A stretch of DNA of 64,000 nt, from the NCBI GenBank assembly GCA_963664325.2, contig CAXXDQ010000002.1, positions 192,001 to 256,000 of the forward strand. The letters are read 5' to 3'. This stretch comes from Desulfomonilia bacterium (GTDB taxonomy: Bacteria > Desulfobacterota > Desulfomonilia > UBA1062). Position numbers and translations under genes: made by a program. Below the pieces are notes generated by a model. The model saw only the letters and a list, made by a program, of their open reading frames with translations, made no database searches and was not told the origin of the DNA. Below are positions 54,689 to 64,000 of the stretch, in pieces; position 1 is the first letter of the stretch; each line of letters opens with the position of its first letter.

Positions 54689-54736
54689 ACCACTATCTCC
54701 TTTAAAATTTTTATTTTTGTAATTCTATTGACTGCT

Positions 54737-55291
54737 TTATTTGTTAACTATTACAAACTGGTCGTTTCTGTTCTTGGCCCAGGCTTCTTCCGTGTGTCCT
54801 GGATCAAGGGGTTTTTCCTTACCGTAACTTATCGTGGAAATACGTTCTTTTTCAACTCCCAGTGTTACTAGGAAATCCATAGCGGCTTTTGCTCTTCTCT
54901 CGCCCAGGGCCAGGTTGTATTCGACGGTTCCTCTTTCATCGCAGTTTCCTGCAATTTGAATTGTAACGTTAGAATGAGCTTTCAGGAAAGTTCCATCCTG
55001 ATTCAATATTTCCTGTGCCTCAGGTTTTAAATCAAATTTGTCAAAATCAAAATATATATTCTTTTCCTGAAGTGCCTTAATTTCATCATCAAGACTTGGC
55101 ATAGGGGCTTGGGTCTGTATCTTGACTTCCTCTTTGGGCTTTTCCGGAGCTGGTGCTGGTGCCGGTTCAGCGACCGGAGCTTTAATTTCTTCCACCGGTT
55201 TTGGAGGCTCAGCCTTTTTTGCGCAACCACTAACCACGAATGCCAGTACGATAAATAGTACTGCAATCGAACCGAAATAGGATTTTCTCAT
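54737..55291 (-). CDS. pal: Peptidoglycan-associated lipoprotein
   Basis: Lipobox VSGC, YFDFDK, CDERGT.EYNLALGERRA, SYGKEKP. Confidence 0.95.
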   Translation of the reverse strand: MRKSYFGSIAVLFIVLAFVVSGCAKKAEPPKPVEEIKAPVAEPAPAPAPEKPKEEVKIQTQAPMPSLDDEIKALQEKNIYFDFDKFDLKPEAQEILNQDGTFLKAHSNVTIQIAGNCDERGTVEYNLALGERRAKAAMDFLVTLGVEKERISTISYGKEKPLDPGHTEEAWAKNRNDQFVIVNK

Positions 55292-55851
55292 CAGATACCT
55301 CCTGCGTAGTTTTTTTAAAATTAATTGTTAATTACTCTTTACGTTGTGATGGTCAAGTGGAAAAAGCTTCTCTTGCTATTAACAATCCTGAACATGCTTT
55401 TTTATTATAACGACATAAAAGCCTTGTCAACAAGAAATCTCCTCATAAAGTAGCTTGTAAAGCCACTTTATGGGCGTTTTAAATTAAAATGCTCTAATGT
55501 CCGATTAAATTTTTAGGATAATATTTTCAACCTGTTCTCCTGTATTGTCAAAAAGCATCATATTTTAACTGTCTTTAAGTGCTGGCATAGTGTCTCTATT
55601 TGAGCCTTCCCTGTGTGTTTTTGCAGGGTTTGTAAAGCTGGATTTGTTTGGAAGGAGATCGCTGTTACTCCCAATCAAAATAGTATAAGTTTTTTGTTAC
55701 TCCTAAAACAATTGTATTCTCAATCCATGATCTGCCATGATACGGGATATTTACGGACTTTGCGAAATCCCCTTAAGCATACGAAGCCAATGATTATAAT
55801 GATATTATAATTAAGAAAAATATCTTTATAACCAAAAACGATTCCTTATTT

Positions 55852-57708
55852 TTAAACATCGTCTGAGAGGCTGTCGAGTCTTACCTCATAGACTGATTTG
55901 AGGCTGTCATATTCAGATGTAAGTCTGTCCAGTTCATCGAAGAGAATATTGATCCTGCTTTCATTCTTGCTAAGGATAATTGAAAGTTCGGCAATCCTTT
56001 TCCCGTCTCTTTCCTGTGTTGCAAAAGTTATCGATTCGTTTAAAGTCTCCGATTCCTTTTCAAGGGCTTCTATCTCATTTTCAATATTTTCTATTTTCTG
56101 TTCCAGCGGTTTAAGAACCTTTGAGCGCTCTGTAATGATATGCGATCTTGCTTTTCTTAGCTCTTTCTTCCCAAGTGCGGCATCCATGTTGTTGTCCGAT
56201 TGTTCCTGCTTGAGGGGTAATTCATCATCGCCCCAGCCGCCCTTATCAAGGAAGTCCTGATAACTGCCCTCGAATACGAACGATTTTCCATCCTGAAAAA
56301 CTATAAGCCTTTCAGCCAATGCATGTAAAAACATCTCATTGTGCGTTACAAGAATAACGGCGCCGTTGAAGCTGTCTATTGCAGAGAGAAGCGCATCGCA
56401 TGATTCCATATCAAGATGGTTTGTGGGCTCATCCAGAAGAAGCATATTGACGGGAGTTGCAAGGATTTTACCAAGCATGACCCTGCTTTTTTCCCCCCCC
56501 GACAATACGGCAATTTTTTTGAGCGCATCATCACCTTCAAAAAGCATTGCGCCGCAGATGTTTCTTGCAGTCTGCCTGTCGACATCAGGTGCGGAAGCCA
56601 TTATTTCCTCTTCAATAGTGCGTTTATCAGCAAGTATGCCGACATTGGTCTGTTCGAAGAAAGACCATTCAACACCCTTGTTCCAAATGAATTCACCTGT
56701 TATCTGCTTGAGATCACCTGCAATAAGACGTAAAAGTGTAGTCTTTCCTTTGCCGTTCTGTCCCACAATGCATATTTTATCGTGTGCGCCGATTGAGATA
56801 TCAAAGCCGTTAATAAGCGGGTTGGCTGGAGCAAAAGAAAAACTGATGTTTTTCGCGCTCAGGACATATTTTCCATTGTATGTCTTTTCCCTGAAACTGA
56901 ATTCGAGTGTTTTTAGATTTTCAAGCTTGTTCTTTTTCTCCTGCTTTTCCAGGGCCTTCACCCTTGACTGGACGAGCCCTGCAAGTCTGGCCTTTGCCCT
57001 GAAGCGGGTGATGAATAGCTCAACCTCTTTTCTCTTCCTTTCATCATTCAGCCTTGTTTTTTCATAAATCTCTTCATCCTGAGCCATCTGCGTATAGTAC
57101 TTTTCCGTGGTTCCTGGGATTTTCCGCAGCTTTTTCCTGTGAATGCCTATCACATGCGTTATTACCTTATCCATGAAACCGCGGTCATGTGTGATAAGCA
57201 TAAGTTCGCGGGGCCAGCCTTGAAGAAATTTTTCAATCCACCTTATGGATGTAATATCCAGGTAATTTGTGGGTTCGTCGAGGAGCAGCAGATCCGGTTC
57301 TGAAACAAGCACCTTGGCAAGGTTGAGCCTTATCTGGTAACCGCCGGAGAATTCAAGGGGGTTTCTGTCCATGTCTGACGGCTCAAAACCCAGACCTGCA
57401 AGCACCTTCTCAACCTTCCAGGAATGTTCCTTTTCTGCCTTGGGCAAACCTTTCATGCCTTCTTTCAGAACCGTATCTTCCGTAAAATCAAGCTGCTGCT
57501 TTACATAACCTATACGGTAATTGCGGGGGATTGTAACCGAACCTTCATCAGGGAAGTCTTCACCTGTAATAATTCTCAGAAGTGTTGTTTTGCCGTGGCC
57601 GTTACGCCCGACAAGACCGACCTTTTCCTTCTGGTTAAGCTTGAAACTTGCTCCTTCGAACAGTGTCTGTTTGCCATACGCTTTTCCTAGATTGTCAATG
57701 CTTATCAT
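55852..57708 (-). CDS. ABC-F family ATPase
   Basis: Two NBDs (GRNGHGKT, GQNGKGKT; DEPTN twice), no TM, C-terminal coiled coil. Confidence 0.93.
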   Translation of the reverse strand: MISIDNLGKAYGKQTLFEGASFKLNQKEKVGLVGRNGHGKTTLLRIITGEDFPDEGSVTIPRNYRIGYVKQQLDFTEDTVLKEGMKGLPKAEKEHSWKVEKVLAGLGFEPSDMDRNPLEFSGGYQIRLNLAKVLVSEPDLLLLDEPTNYLDITSIRWIEKFLQGWPRELMLITHDRGFMDKVITHVIGIHRKKLRKIPGTTEKYYTQMAQDEEIYEKTRLNDERKRKEVELFITRFRAKARLAGLVQSRVKALEKQEKKNKLENLKTLEFSFREKTYNGKYVLSAKNISFSFAPANPLINGFDISIGAHDKICIVGQNGKGKTTLLRLIAGDLKQITGEFIWNKGVEWSFFEQTNVGILADKRTIEEEIMASAPDVDRQTARNICGAMLFEGDDALKKIAVLSGGEKSRVMLGKILATPVNMLLLDEPTNHLDMESCDALLSAIDSFNGAVILVTHNEMFLHALAERLIVFQDGKSFVFEGSYQDFLDKGGWGDDELPLKQEQSDNNMDAALGKKELRKARSHIITERSKVLKPLEQKIENIENEIEALEKESETLNESITFATQERDGKRIAELSIILSKNESRINILFDELDRLTSEYDSLKSVYEVRLDSLSDDV

Positions 57709-57810
57709 ATGCTGATTGAAGCTATAAGATCAGAGACAAGCTGTCAATCGTGCAGGTTTTTTAATCTGCCTGCCATCGGTCAGATGTATATAAAAGGTGA
57801 TTTTTATAAA

Positions 57811-57863
57811 TTGACTGAAATGTCAAAAATTAAATTGACACGTCAATCAACTTTCGATATCCT
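57811..57863 (+). promoter_or_regulatory. tetR promoter with palindromic operator-like sites
   Basis: TTGAC-N6-GTCAA (57811-57826); ATTGAC-AC-GTCAAT over the -35; TTGACA-N17-TATCCT. Confidence 0.7.
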
Positions 57864-57870
57864 TTTCTTT

Positions 57871-58458
57871 ATGGCTAAAGATGATAAGCAGAAAATTATT
57901 ATTGATGCTGCATTGGAAGTCTTCAGGGATAAAGGATTCGCTAATACCCGCATGGCCGACATAGCCAATCGCGCAGGGGTTTCATACGGTCTGGTCTATC
58001 ATTATTTTTCAAGCAAGGAAGTTCTTTTCGACGTTATTGTTGAGTCATGGTGGAAAAGTCTTTACGAGATGCTTGAGAGGGAAAAGGCGGTTGAAGATGG
58101 GTTTGAGAACAAACTCAGAAATATAATAAGCTTTTTCCTTGATACCTATGACAAAAATCCTAACCTGATGGCGATTTTCGTCACTGAAGTTTCAAGGAGT
58201 TCTGTATACCACACAGCAAGAGGGCTTTCCAAGTTCAGGAAACTGTTTGAGCTGTTCGAACAGATAATGGTTATAGGGCAGAAAAAGAAATTTCTTCGGA
58301 ATGATGTGGCACCTCATTATCTGACCTATATTTTCCTTGGTGCCATCGAGGCCTTCCTATCTGTTGCAGTGCTGGGTAATGAGAAGCTTTCAAATGACAG
58401 GAAAATTCGAGCGACGAATGCCATCATAAGCGTATTCCTTAACGGGGCAAAGGTATGA
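57871..58458 (+). CDS. TetR/AcrR family regulator
   Basis: IIDAA..VF..KGF..T...DIA..AGVS.GL.Y.YF.SKE; start set at MAKD. Confidence 0.92.
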   Translation: MAKDDKQKIIIDAALEVFRDKGFANTRMADIANRAGVSYGLVYHYFSSKEVLFDVIVESWWKSLYEMLEREKAVEDGFENKLRNIISFFLDTYDKNPNLMAIFVTEVSRSSVYHTARGLSKFRKLFELFEQIMVIGQKKKFLRNDVAPHYLTYIFLGAIEAFLSVAVLGNEKLSNDRKIRATNAIISVFLNGAKV

Positions 58459-58534
58459 GAACCAATTCTTTGAGCTGCAAGTCAGGATCAGGGCGTGAAG
58501 TTGCAATCTGTATGTTTGATTTCATACCCGGTAG

Positions 58535-59122
58535 TTGTCGATGCATTTGAAAGGTCAACTGCATATCCATACTACTTATTCTGATGGCAGGCTGACCCAT
58601 CAGCAGGCTGCAGATACGTATTCGGGACTTGGTTTTGATTTTATAGCATATACAGACCATGACCACCTTTTGAAGGCGAACAATTGTGATTCGATAAAGG
58701 CGGTGAAAACAAAAATGATAGTTTTCTCAGGCATTGAACTAACATTAAGCACCCGCTGGGGCTATGTTCATGTCAGCCGTATTGAAGGGGATAAGGAGAT
58801 TCTGCACACATTTAACCATCCCGGGGAACATGGATTTTCAGTAAAGCATACGCTTGAGGCGATAGAAGACGTTTCCAACGGTCTGAGTATTGATGCGGTT
58901 GAGATAACCCATCACGGCTTTCTTTCAAAAGAATATGATACCGATATGATTCCCTACCCGAAGGTCGCAACCGATGACTCACATACAACTCTTGGCTGCG
59001 GAAGGGCATGGATAGAGCTTGATGCTACAAAGAAAAAAGACTCAATCATCAAGGCTATAAAAAACGGCGACTTTGTCTGCTGCTATGTAAAGACGCCTCA
59101 AATAAAAATGGTCATCGCATGA
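58535..59122 (+). CDS. PHP-domain metallophosphoesterase
   Basis: LHIHTTYSDG, TDHD, GIE, NHP, DDSH. Confidence 0.82.
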   Translation: MSMHLKGQLHIHTTYSDGRLTHQQAADTYSGLGFDFIAYTDHDHLLKANNCDSIKAVKTKMIVFSGIELTLSTRWGYVHVSRIEGDKEILHTFNHPGEHGFSVKHTLEAIEDVSNGLSIDAVEITHHGFLSKEYDTDMIPYPKVATDDSHTTLGCGRAWIELDATKKKDSIIKAIKNGDFVCCYVKTPQIKMVIA

Positions 59123-59153
59123 TGACTTCATAACAGTCTAAGGAGGTTCAAGG

Positions 59154-60296
59154 ATGAAAAGGGTTGCTATTTGTGCAGTTGCCCAACACAAGATCGAACC
59201 GGACATCTGGTATAAGCGTTTCCAGGGAATGCTTATCGACGTTATGGATGACATACGTTCCCAGACCGGATTCACCTACGATGAGGAAAAAGGTGTCAGG
59301 AACATTGTTACATGTTCCGACGATGTGTTTGACGCGCGTACCATCTCGAACAACGGCGTAACTGACGCTGTCGGGGCTCATTACAGGGGCGAGGAAAAAA
59401 TGGCTCAGGAAGGCCTGAACGGCCTTGGTTATGCTGCTAGCCTTATACTTGCCGGCCATGACGATGTTGTCTATGTAGCGGGACATTCCAAGGAAAGTCA
59501 GTCTGAAAGCCGTCTTCTATGCACCAGCCTCGCATTTGACCCGTTTTACGGGAGGCCCCTTGGGCTGGATTTCATGAATGTCGCGGCGCTGCAGGCAAGA
59601 GCATATGCTGAAAAATCCGGCATAACCGATGAGCAGCTTGCAAAGGTTGTTGTCCGTGCCCGCCAGTGGGCTGCAAAAAATCCTTATGCGAATGAAACTA
59701 AACAGCTTGAGCTTGGCGATGTTATGTACTCGCCTTATGTTTGTGACCCGATAAGGAAGAGTCATGTCTATCCCGTGTCTGACGGTGCCGTGGCGTTTCT
59801 CCTTGCTTCGGAGGAAAGGGCGCATGAATTCACCGACAATCCGGTCTGGATAACAGGCTTTGCCAGCTGTATGGACAGCTACTTCCTGGGTGACCGCGAC
59901 CTTGCCGGCAACTTCGCGCTTAAGAAAGCATCCGAGCGTGCCTATAAAAAGGCCGGAATAAAGAATCCGAAGAAGTCGATCAAACTTGCCGAGGTCATGG
60001 ACTGCTATGCGTATCAGCAGCCTATGTGGCTTGAAGGTCTCGGACTTGCGGATGAGGGCAAAGGCGGTGAATTCATAGATGACGGCGGGACCGATAAATT
60101 TAATGTAAACCGTTCGGGTGGTATGCTTTGCGGATCACCGATGATAATCGGCGGCATGTACAGGGCAGCGGAAGCGGCTCTCCAGCTCATGGGTAAGGCA
60201 GGCAAGCGTCAGGCCAGGGGCGTTAAATGCGCTGTTGTTCAGAGCACCACCGGCGGGGCAGGCCAGCACCATGCAGTTCTGGTTCTTGAGAAATAG
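59154..60296 (+). CDS. Thiolase-fold protein, Ltp4-like (no canonical catalytic Cys)
   Basis: S.D.FD.R.IS, DPF..RPLG.D....AALQAR, PVSDGA, N.SGG. Confidence 0.75.
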   Translation: MKRVAICAVAQHKIEPDIWYKRFQGMLIDVMDDIRSQTGFTYDEEKGVRNIVTCSDDVFDARTISNNGVTDAVGAHYRGEEKMAQEGLNGLGYAASLILAGHDDVVYVAGHSKESQSESRLLCTSLAFDPFYGRPLGLDFMNVAALQARAYAEKSGITDEQLAKVVVRARQWAAKNPYANETKQLELGDVMYSPYVCDPIRKSHVYPVSDGAVAFLLASEERAHEFTDNPVWITGFASCMDSYFLGDRDLAGNFALKKASERAYKKAGIKNPKKSIKLAEVMDCYAYQQPMWLEGLGLADEGKGGEFIDDGGTDKFNVNRSGGMLCGSPMIIGGMYRAAEAALQLMGKAGKRQARGVKCAVVQSTTGGAGQHHAVLVLEK

Positions 60297-60306
60297 GGGG
60301 TGAGGT

Positions 60307-61497
60307 ATGGGACATAAGAAAAACAGAAATGTGGCAATTGTAGGAATCGGCCAGACCGAATACTCGAGCCATAAGGAAAACCAGAACCAGGTTGAAATGG
60401 TGAATGAAGCAGTCAGGGCTGCATTGGCAGACTGCAATGTAACCATGGATGACATAGAATGCGTTGTCCATGGTAATATGGAACTTTTTGAAATGGTGCA
60501 TCAGCCAGATCTGTGGCATTCGCTTGGAACGCTTGCCTACGGCAAGGACGAGTTTCGTCTGACAACCGGCGGGACGGTGGGCGCGACGCTCGTCTGTGCC
60601 GCTGATAACCTGATTGCCTCAGGCATGTATGATGTAGTGATGGCGATAGGAATGGAAAAGCTTCAGGAAGGTAACACGACAGGCGGAATCACAAATATGG
60701 CGGACCCTCTCTGGTTCAGGCACCTTCAGACGGGAGCGCTTACCGCAACCACAGCAACGACCATGATAGGGGAATTCGGTGAGGAACGGGCCGAAAAGGC
60801 AGCCATGCACTATCGCATCATGATGGACAAGCATGCATGCCTCAATCCGCGCGCACACAGGCGTTTCGGTCTTGAGTATGAACAGATGAACGATCTCATG
60901 ACGACATCACCCAAGCTGGTTGGTGATCTCAGGCTTATCCACATGTGTTCCCAGTCGGATGGCTGCTGCGTCATGATTCTCGCCACTGAAGAAAAGGCTA
61001 AAAAACTTGCCAGGAAAGCGCCAGTATGGATACGCGACCATATAACCGTACATCGCGAGGAAACTTTCAACTGTTTCGGAATCGAACGACCTGAGATGAC
61101 GCATCATTTTGCTGCCAGACATCTTTATGAAAGAAACGGCATAAAAAAGCCCCTTGAGTATTTTGACGTCTTTGAAATGTATGACCCGTCAGCATGGTGG
61201 GGACTGGACTGGCTCAGGGAATTTTTCCTCCTTGAAGGTGATGAACACTTAAAGATGCTTGAAAACGGCGACTGGGACCTTGACGGGAAACTTCCCATCA
61301 ATCCGTCCGGTGGCGTCATTTCGACAAACCCGATAGGGGCGACTGCAATGGTGCGGCCTGCCGAGGCAGCGCTTCAGATAAGGGGAGACGCAGGCCCGCA
61401 TCTGCTTAAACGCGAAGTTAGGCATGCACTTGCCTCCGGCTTCGGAGGGACGCTGTGGACCGTGCTAATGATGCTTGAAAAAGATCTGGACTGGTAG
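60307..61497 (+). CDS. Thiolase-fold protein, Ltp3-like aldol-lyase
   Basis: GIGQT, R.TTGGTVG (no Cys), EMYDP, NPSGGV.STNPIGAT (no His). Confidence 0.75.
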   Translation: MGHKKNRNVAIVGIGQTEYSSHKENQNQVEMVNEAVRAALADCNVTMDDIECVVHGNMELFEMVHQPDLWHSLGTLAYGKDEFRLTTGGTVGATLVCAADNLIASGMYDVVMAIGMEKLQEGNTTGGITNMADPLWFRHLQTGALTATTATTMIGEFGEERAEKAAMHYRIMMDKHACLNPRAHRRFGLEYEQMNDLMTTSPKLVGDLRLIHMCSQSDGCCVMILATEEKAKKLARKAPVWIRDHITVHREETFNCFGIERPEMTHHFAARHLYERNGIKKPLEYFDVFEMYDPSAWWGLDWLREFFLLEGDEHLKMLENGDWDLDGKLPINPSGGVISTNPIGATAMVRPAEAALQIRGDAGPHLLKREVRHALASGFGGTLWTVLMMLEKDLDW

Positions 61498-61507
61498 GAG
61501 GTGGAAG

Positions 61508-62665
61508 ATGGCTGAATATTTTGGTTCAAGAGTGGAAGATATATTCGGTACGATGCCCGAGAGGTTTAAACCCGAGGGTGTAACCGGCGTGGATGTGGTC
61601 ATAGGTTATGATATAACCGGTGATGGCGGCGGCAAATGGGCTGTAACAATCAAGAATTCTACTCTCAAGGTTGAAAAGATTGAAGGCGATCTGCCCAAAT
61701 GCTCGGTAACTCTGAATACGGATGCCGAAGGATTTGTAGGCGGTGCGATCGGAAAGATTGACACCGGCGAGGCCTTCTCTTCAGGCAGGCTCAAGGTAGC
61801 AGGAGACATAACAGCACTGCTCAATGTGCTTCCCAAGGCGTTTGACAAGTTTATGCCTGTCGTAAGGGCAAAGGCGATAATCGACAGCATGCCTGAGCGC
61901 TTCAGGGCCGACAAGGCTGAAGGCGTTGACATGAAGATAGGTTATGACCTGACAGGCGCCGATGGCGGCAAGTGGACTGTTGCCATAAAGGACAATGCCT
62001 GCACATTAAAAGAGGGCATAGACGCTGACAACACAGTCACGCTTATCATGGCTGCGGACATATTTGTCGGGCTAAACACCGGAAAGGTCGACCCGGGTAC
62101 CGCATTCAGCGCAGGGCAGGTGAAGATAGACGGCGATATGATGGCCGCCGGAGCCACAGCGAAACTGTTCGCCAAGTTCGAGGTCGCCGGTGCCGATGAA
62201 AAGCAGGGCGTAGAGCTGATAAGCCTGAAGTGCATTCCTTCTATAAACCACAGGTTCGCTACAGGCACGCACATGGGGAAATGGTTCAAGGGCCTGAAGG
62301 AAAAGAAGTTCTTTGCATCCAAATGTCCCGTCTGCGGAAGAACCCAGATACCTCCCCGTGAAGTCTGTGCAGTCTGCAGGGTTCGGGCTGATGAATTCGT
62401 TGAAGTCGGACCTAAAGGGACGGTAACTGTTATTGACAAGGTGTATTTTGCCAGCCCTGACCCGCTCAGCGGAAAGGTAAAGCAGACGCCTTATGCGGCG
62501 CTTTTCATGATTATGGACGGCTCGACGTTGGGCGAAAGTTTCGCACACGACATCAAAAAGGAAGATTTCGAAAGGATTCGTCCCGGCATGAAAGTCAGGC
62601 CGGTCTGGGCTGAGAACAGAACAGGAAGTTTTACGGACCTGCTCTATTTCGAAATCGATGACTAG
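61508..62665 (+). CDS. SCP2-SCP2-DUF35 (Zn-ribbon/OB-fold) fusion protein
   Basis: Two MPERF...GYD.TG..GGKW repeats, then CPVC...PPREVCAVC and an OB fold; GGAGGT RBS. Confidence 0.85.
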   Translation: MAEYFGSRVEDIFGTMPERFKPEGVTGVDVVIGYDITGDGGGKWAVTIKNSTLKVEKIEGDLPKCSVTLNTDAEGFVGGAIGKIDTGEAFSSGRLKVAGDITALLNVLPKAFDKFMPVVRAKAIIDSMPERFRADKAEGVDMKIGYDLTGADGGKWTVAIKDNACTLKEGIDADNTVTLIMAADIFVGLNTGKVDPGTAFSAGQVKIDGDMMAAGATAKLFAKFEVAGADEKQGVELISLKCIPSINHRFATGTHMGKWFKGLKEKKFFASKCPVCGRTQIPPREVCAVCRVRADEFVEVGPKGTVTVIDKVYFASPDPLSGKVKQTPYAALFMIMDGSTLGESFAHDIKKEDFERIRPGMKVRPVWAENRTGSFTDLLYFEIDD

Positions 62666-62676
62666 GGAGGCATGAT

Positions 62677-63144
62677 ATGGCAGTGAGTAATAAAATAGAC
62701 AAGAGCGAATGTTTTGTAATGGACGGAAAAATGGCCCTGCCGAACCAGTATTTTGCAGGCAGTGTCGGTTCGAAGTTCATAATCTCCTTGAGGGATGCGA
62801 ACAGGATACTCGGCGTAAAATGCAGCAAGTGCAACAAGGTTTATGTACCGCCGAGGGAATACTGTGAAAAAGACCTTGAAAAGCTTGATGAAAACTGGGT
62901 TGAGCTCGGGAATGAGGGTGTGGTGACTAACTACACCATAGTGAATTACTGCGACAAGCACCTGCCCGTAAAGCCGCCTTACATACTTGCGCTTATCAAG
63001 GTCGATGGCGCTGACACGCCTTTCGCCCATATTGTCCAGGGCGTTGCACCGGAAGATATAAAGATAGGAATGCGGGTAAAAGCGGTTTATGCCGCTGAAA
63101 CAACGAATTCGATAAGGGATCTTGATCATTTTGAGCCTGCATGA
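62677..63144 (+). CDS. DUF35 Zn-ribbon/OB-fold protein
   Basis: CSKC.KVYVPPREYCEKD, PY..A.I..DGADT, IGMRV.AV. Confidence 0.88.
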   Translation: MAVSNKIDKSECFVMDGKMALPNQYFAGSVGSKFIISLRDANRILGVKCSKCNKVYVPPREYCEKDLEKLDENWVELGNEGVVTNYTIVNYCDKHLPVKPPYILALIKVDGADTPFAHIVQGVAPEDIKIGMRVKAVYAAETTNSIRDLDHFEPA

Positions 63145-63252
63145 TGCGGGCGTTTTGAATTAGGTAATAATTTCAGGTTTGATTTTGAACAGGGCGTAAG
63201 AACAAAATTTCTTCCGCCCTGTATAAAAAAACAAAATGGGAGGTAATTTAAG

Positions 63253-64000
63253 ATGGCTGATAACAAGGTAATAATCTGTGCGGCTCTGGCGGGCGCTGCT
63301 ACAATGAAGAACAACAACCCTTCGGTTCCCTATACACCGGAAGAATTCGCGATCGAGTCTGAAAAATGTTACAACGCAGGCGCTGCGATGGTACATGTTC
63401 ATGCGCGGCAGGATGACGGCTGGCCGACTCATGACCATGACAGGATCAAGGCTACTCACGATGCGATCAAGGCCAAATGTCCCAAGCTCATAGTCAACAT
63501 GAGTTCGGCGGTCGGTATGGGCAAGACAGCCGAGCAGCGTATAAGCCAGATCGTGCACGTCAGTCCTGAGATGGCATCTCTGAACACCAATACAATGAAT
63601 TTCTCAGTGCTTGACCGCAAGACGGGTGCAATATTCATAGACTTCGTTTTTGAGAACACCTTCACAATGCTCCAGGACTTCGGCAAGGCCATGGAAGCTC
63701 AGAAAACAAAACCCGAGATCGAGATTTACGACATGGGCGGCCTGGATAATGTCCTTCTTGTAATGAAGCAGGGCTTTTTCTCGCAGCCCATGAACTTCAA
63801 CTTCGTATGGGGTGTTGTCGGCGGACAGGCCTTCAGGCCCGATTCCTTCGTAGCCATGTATCATGCACTTCCGGCAGGCGCCAATTTCACGACCTGCGGT
63901 GTCGGTATCGAACAGTTCCCGGCAAACATGATGAGCTGCCTTATGGGCGGTCATATGAGAGTGGGACTCGAGGACAATACCCGCATGCCCGACGGCGAAG
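63253..64000 (+). CDS. BKACE / 3-keto-5-aminohexanoate cleavage enzyme family (DUF849), runs off window
   Basis: MADNKVIICAALAGA...VPYTPEE...AGAAMVHVHAR ... KPEIEIYD ... RVGLEDN; absent from the ORF track. Confidence 0.9.
   Translation, partial: MADNKVIICAALAGAATMKNNNPSVPYTPEEFAIESEKCYNAGAAMVHVHARQDDGWPTHDHDRIKATHDAIKAKCPKLIVNMSSAVGMGKTAEQRISQIVHVSPEMASLNTNTMNFSVLDRKTGAIFIDFVFENTFTMLQDFGKAMEAQKTKPEIEIYDMGGLDNVLLVMKQGFFSQPMNFNFVWGVVGGQAFRPDSFVAMYHALPAGANFTTCGVGIEQFPANMMSCLMGGHMRVGLEDNTRMPDGE

Noticed and set aside
54370-54722. Gln-, Cys- or Gly-rich repeat ORFs in other frames; CRISPR-like repeat
   Set aside because: They are alternative frames of the Pro/Ala lipoprotein, which alone has an RBS and lipobox; the repeats have no spacers.
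55292-55851. ncRNA or small gene in the 560-bp pal/ABC-F spacer
   Set aside because: Only a short hairpin (about 55447-55469) and promoter-like hexamers are visible; an Rfam search would be needed.

Overview
64-kb chromosomal window from a Gram-negative, probably anaerobic deltaproteobacterium (Desulfobacterota-like, inferred from the ilvBNC-pssA-leuACD order, ADP-forming acyl-CoA ligase, and pal/OmpA/omptins). It holds about 60 CDS and 2 tRNAs; no CRISPR array, integrase or IS element was seen. Main blocks: two tandem omptins; a GT4 / methyltransferase / (alpha/alpha)-barrel / acyltransferase / B12-radical-SAM operon plus a convergent methyltransferase; a divergent PurM; a ribD-ribE-ribBA-ribH-nusB-larC-larB-larE operon; a complete N-ATPase operon; a queuosine-salvage gene; an amino-acid ABC transporter; hpt-to-mltG housekeeping genes; ilv/leu genes; pal; and a TetR-led Ltp4/Ltp3-like thiolase-fold / SCP2-DUF35 / BKACE lipid catabolic operon. 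Best candidate for an undescribed system: four genes (3905-7008 and 10470-11108) matching, by motifs recalled from memory, the mycobacterial methylmannose polysaccharide (MMP) set (ManT, putative 3-O-methyltransferase, MmpH, MeT1), here in a non-actinobacterium and extended by an acetyltransferase and a cobalamin radical SAM enzyme. Also notable: a 34-aa Cys/Lys peptide with its own ribosome-binding site nested in-frame at the end of larE, and several apparently leaderless genes. All family calls come from motif recognition; no database search was run.
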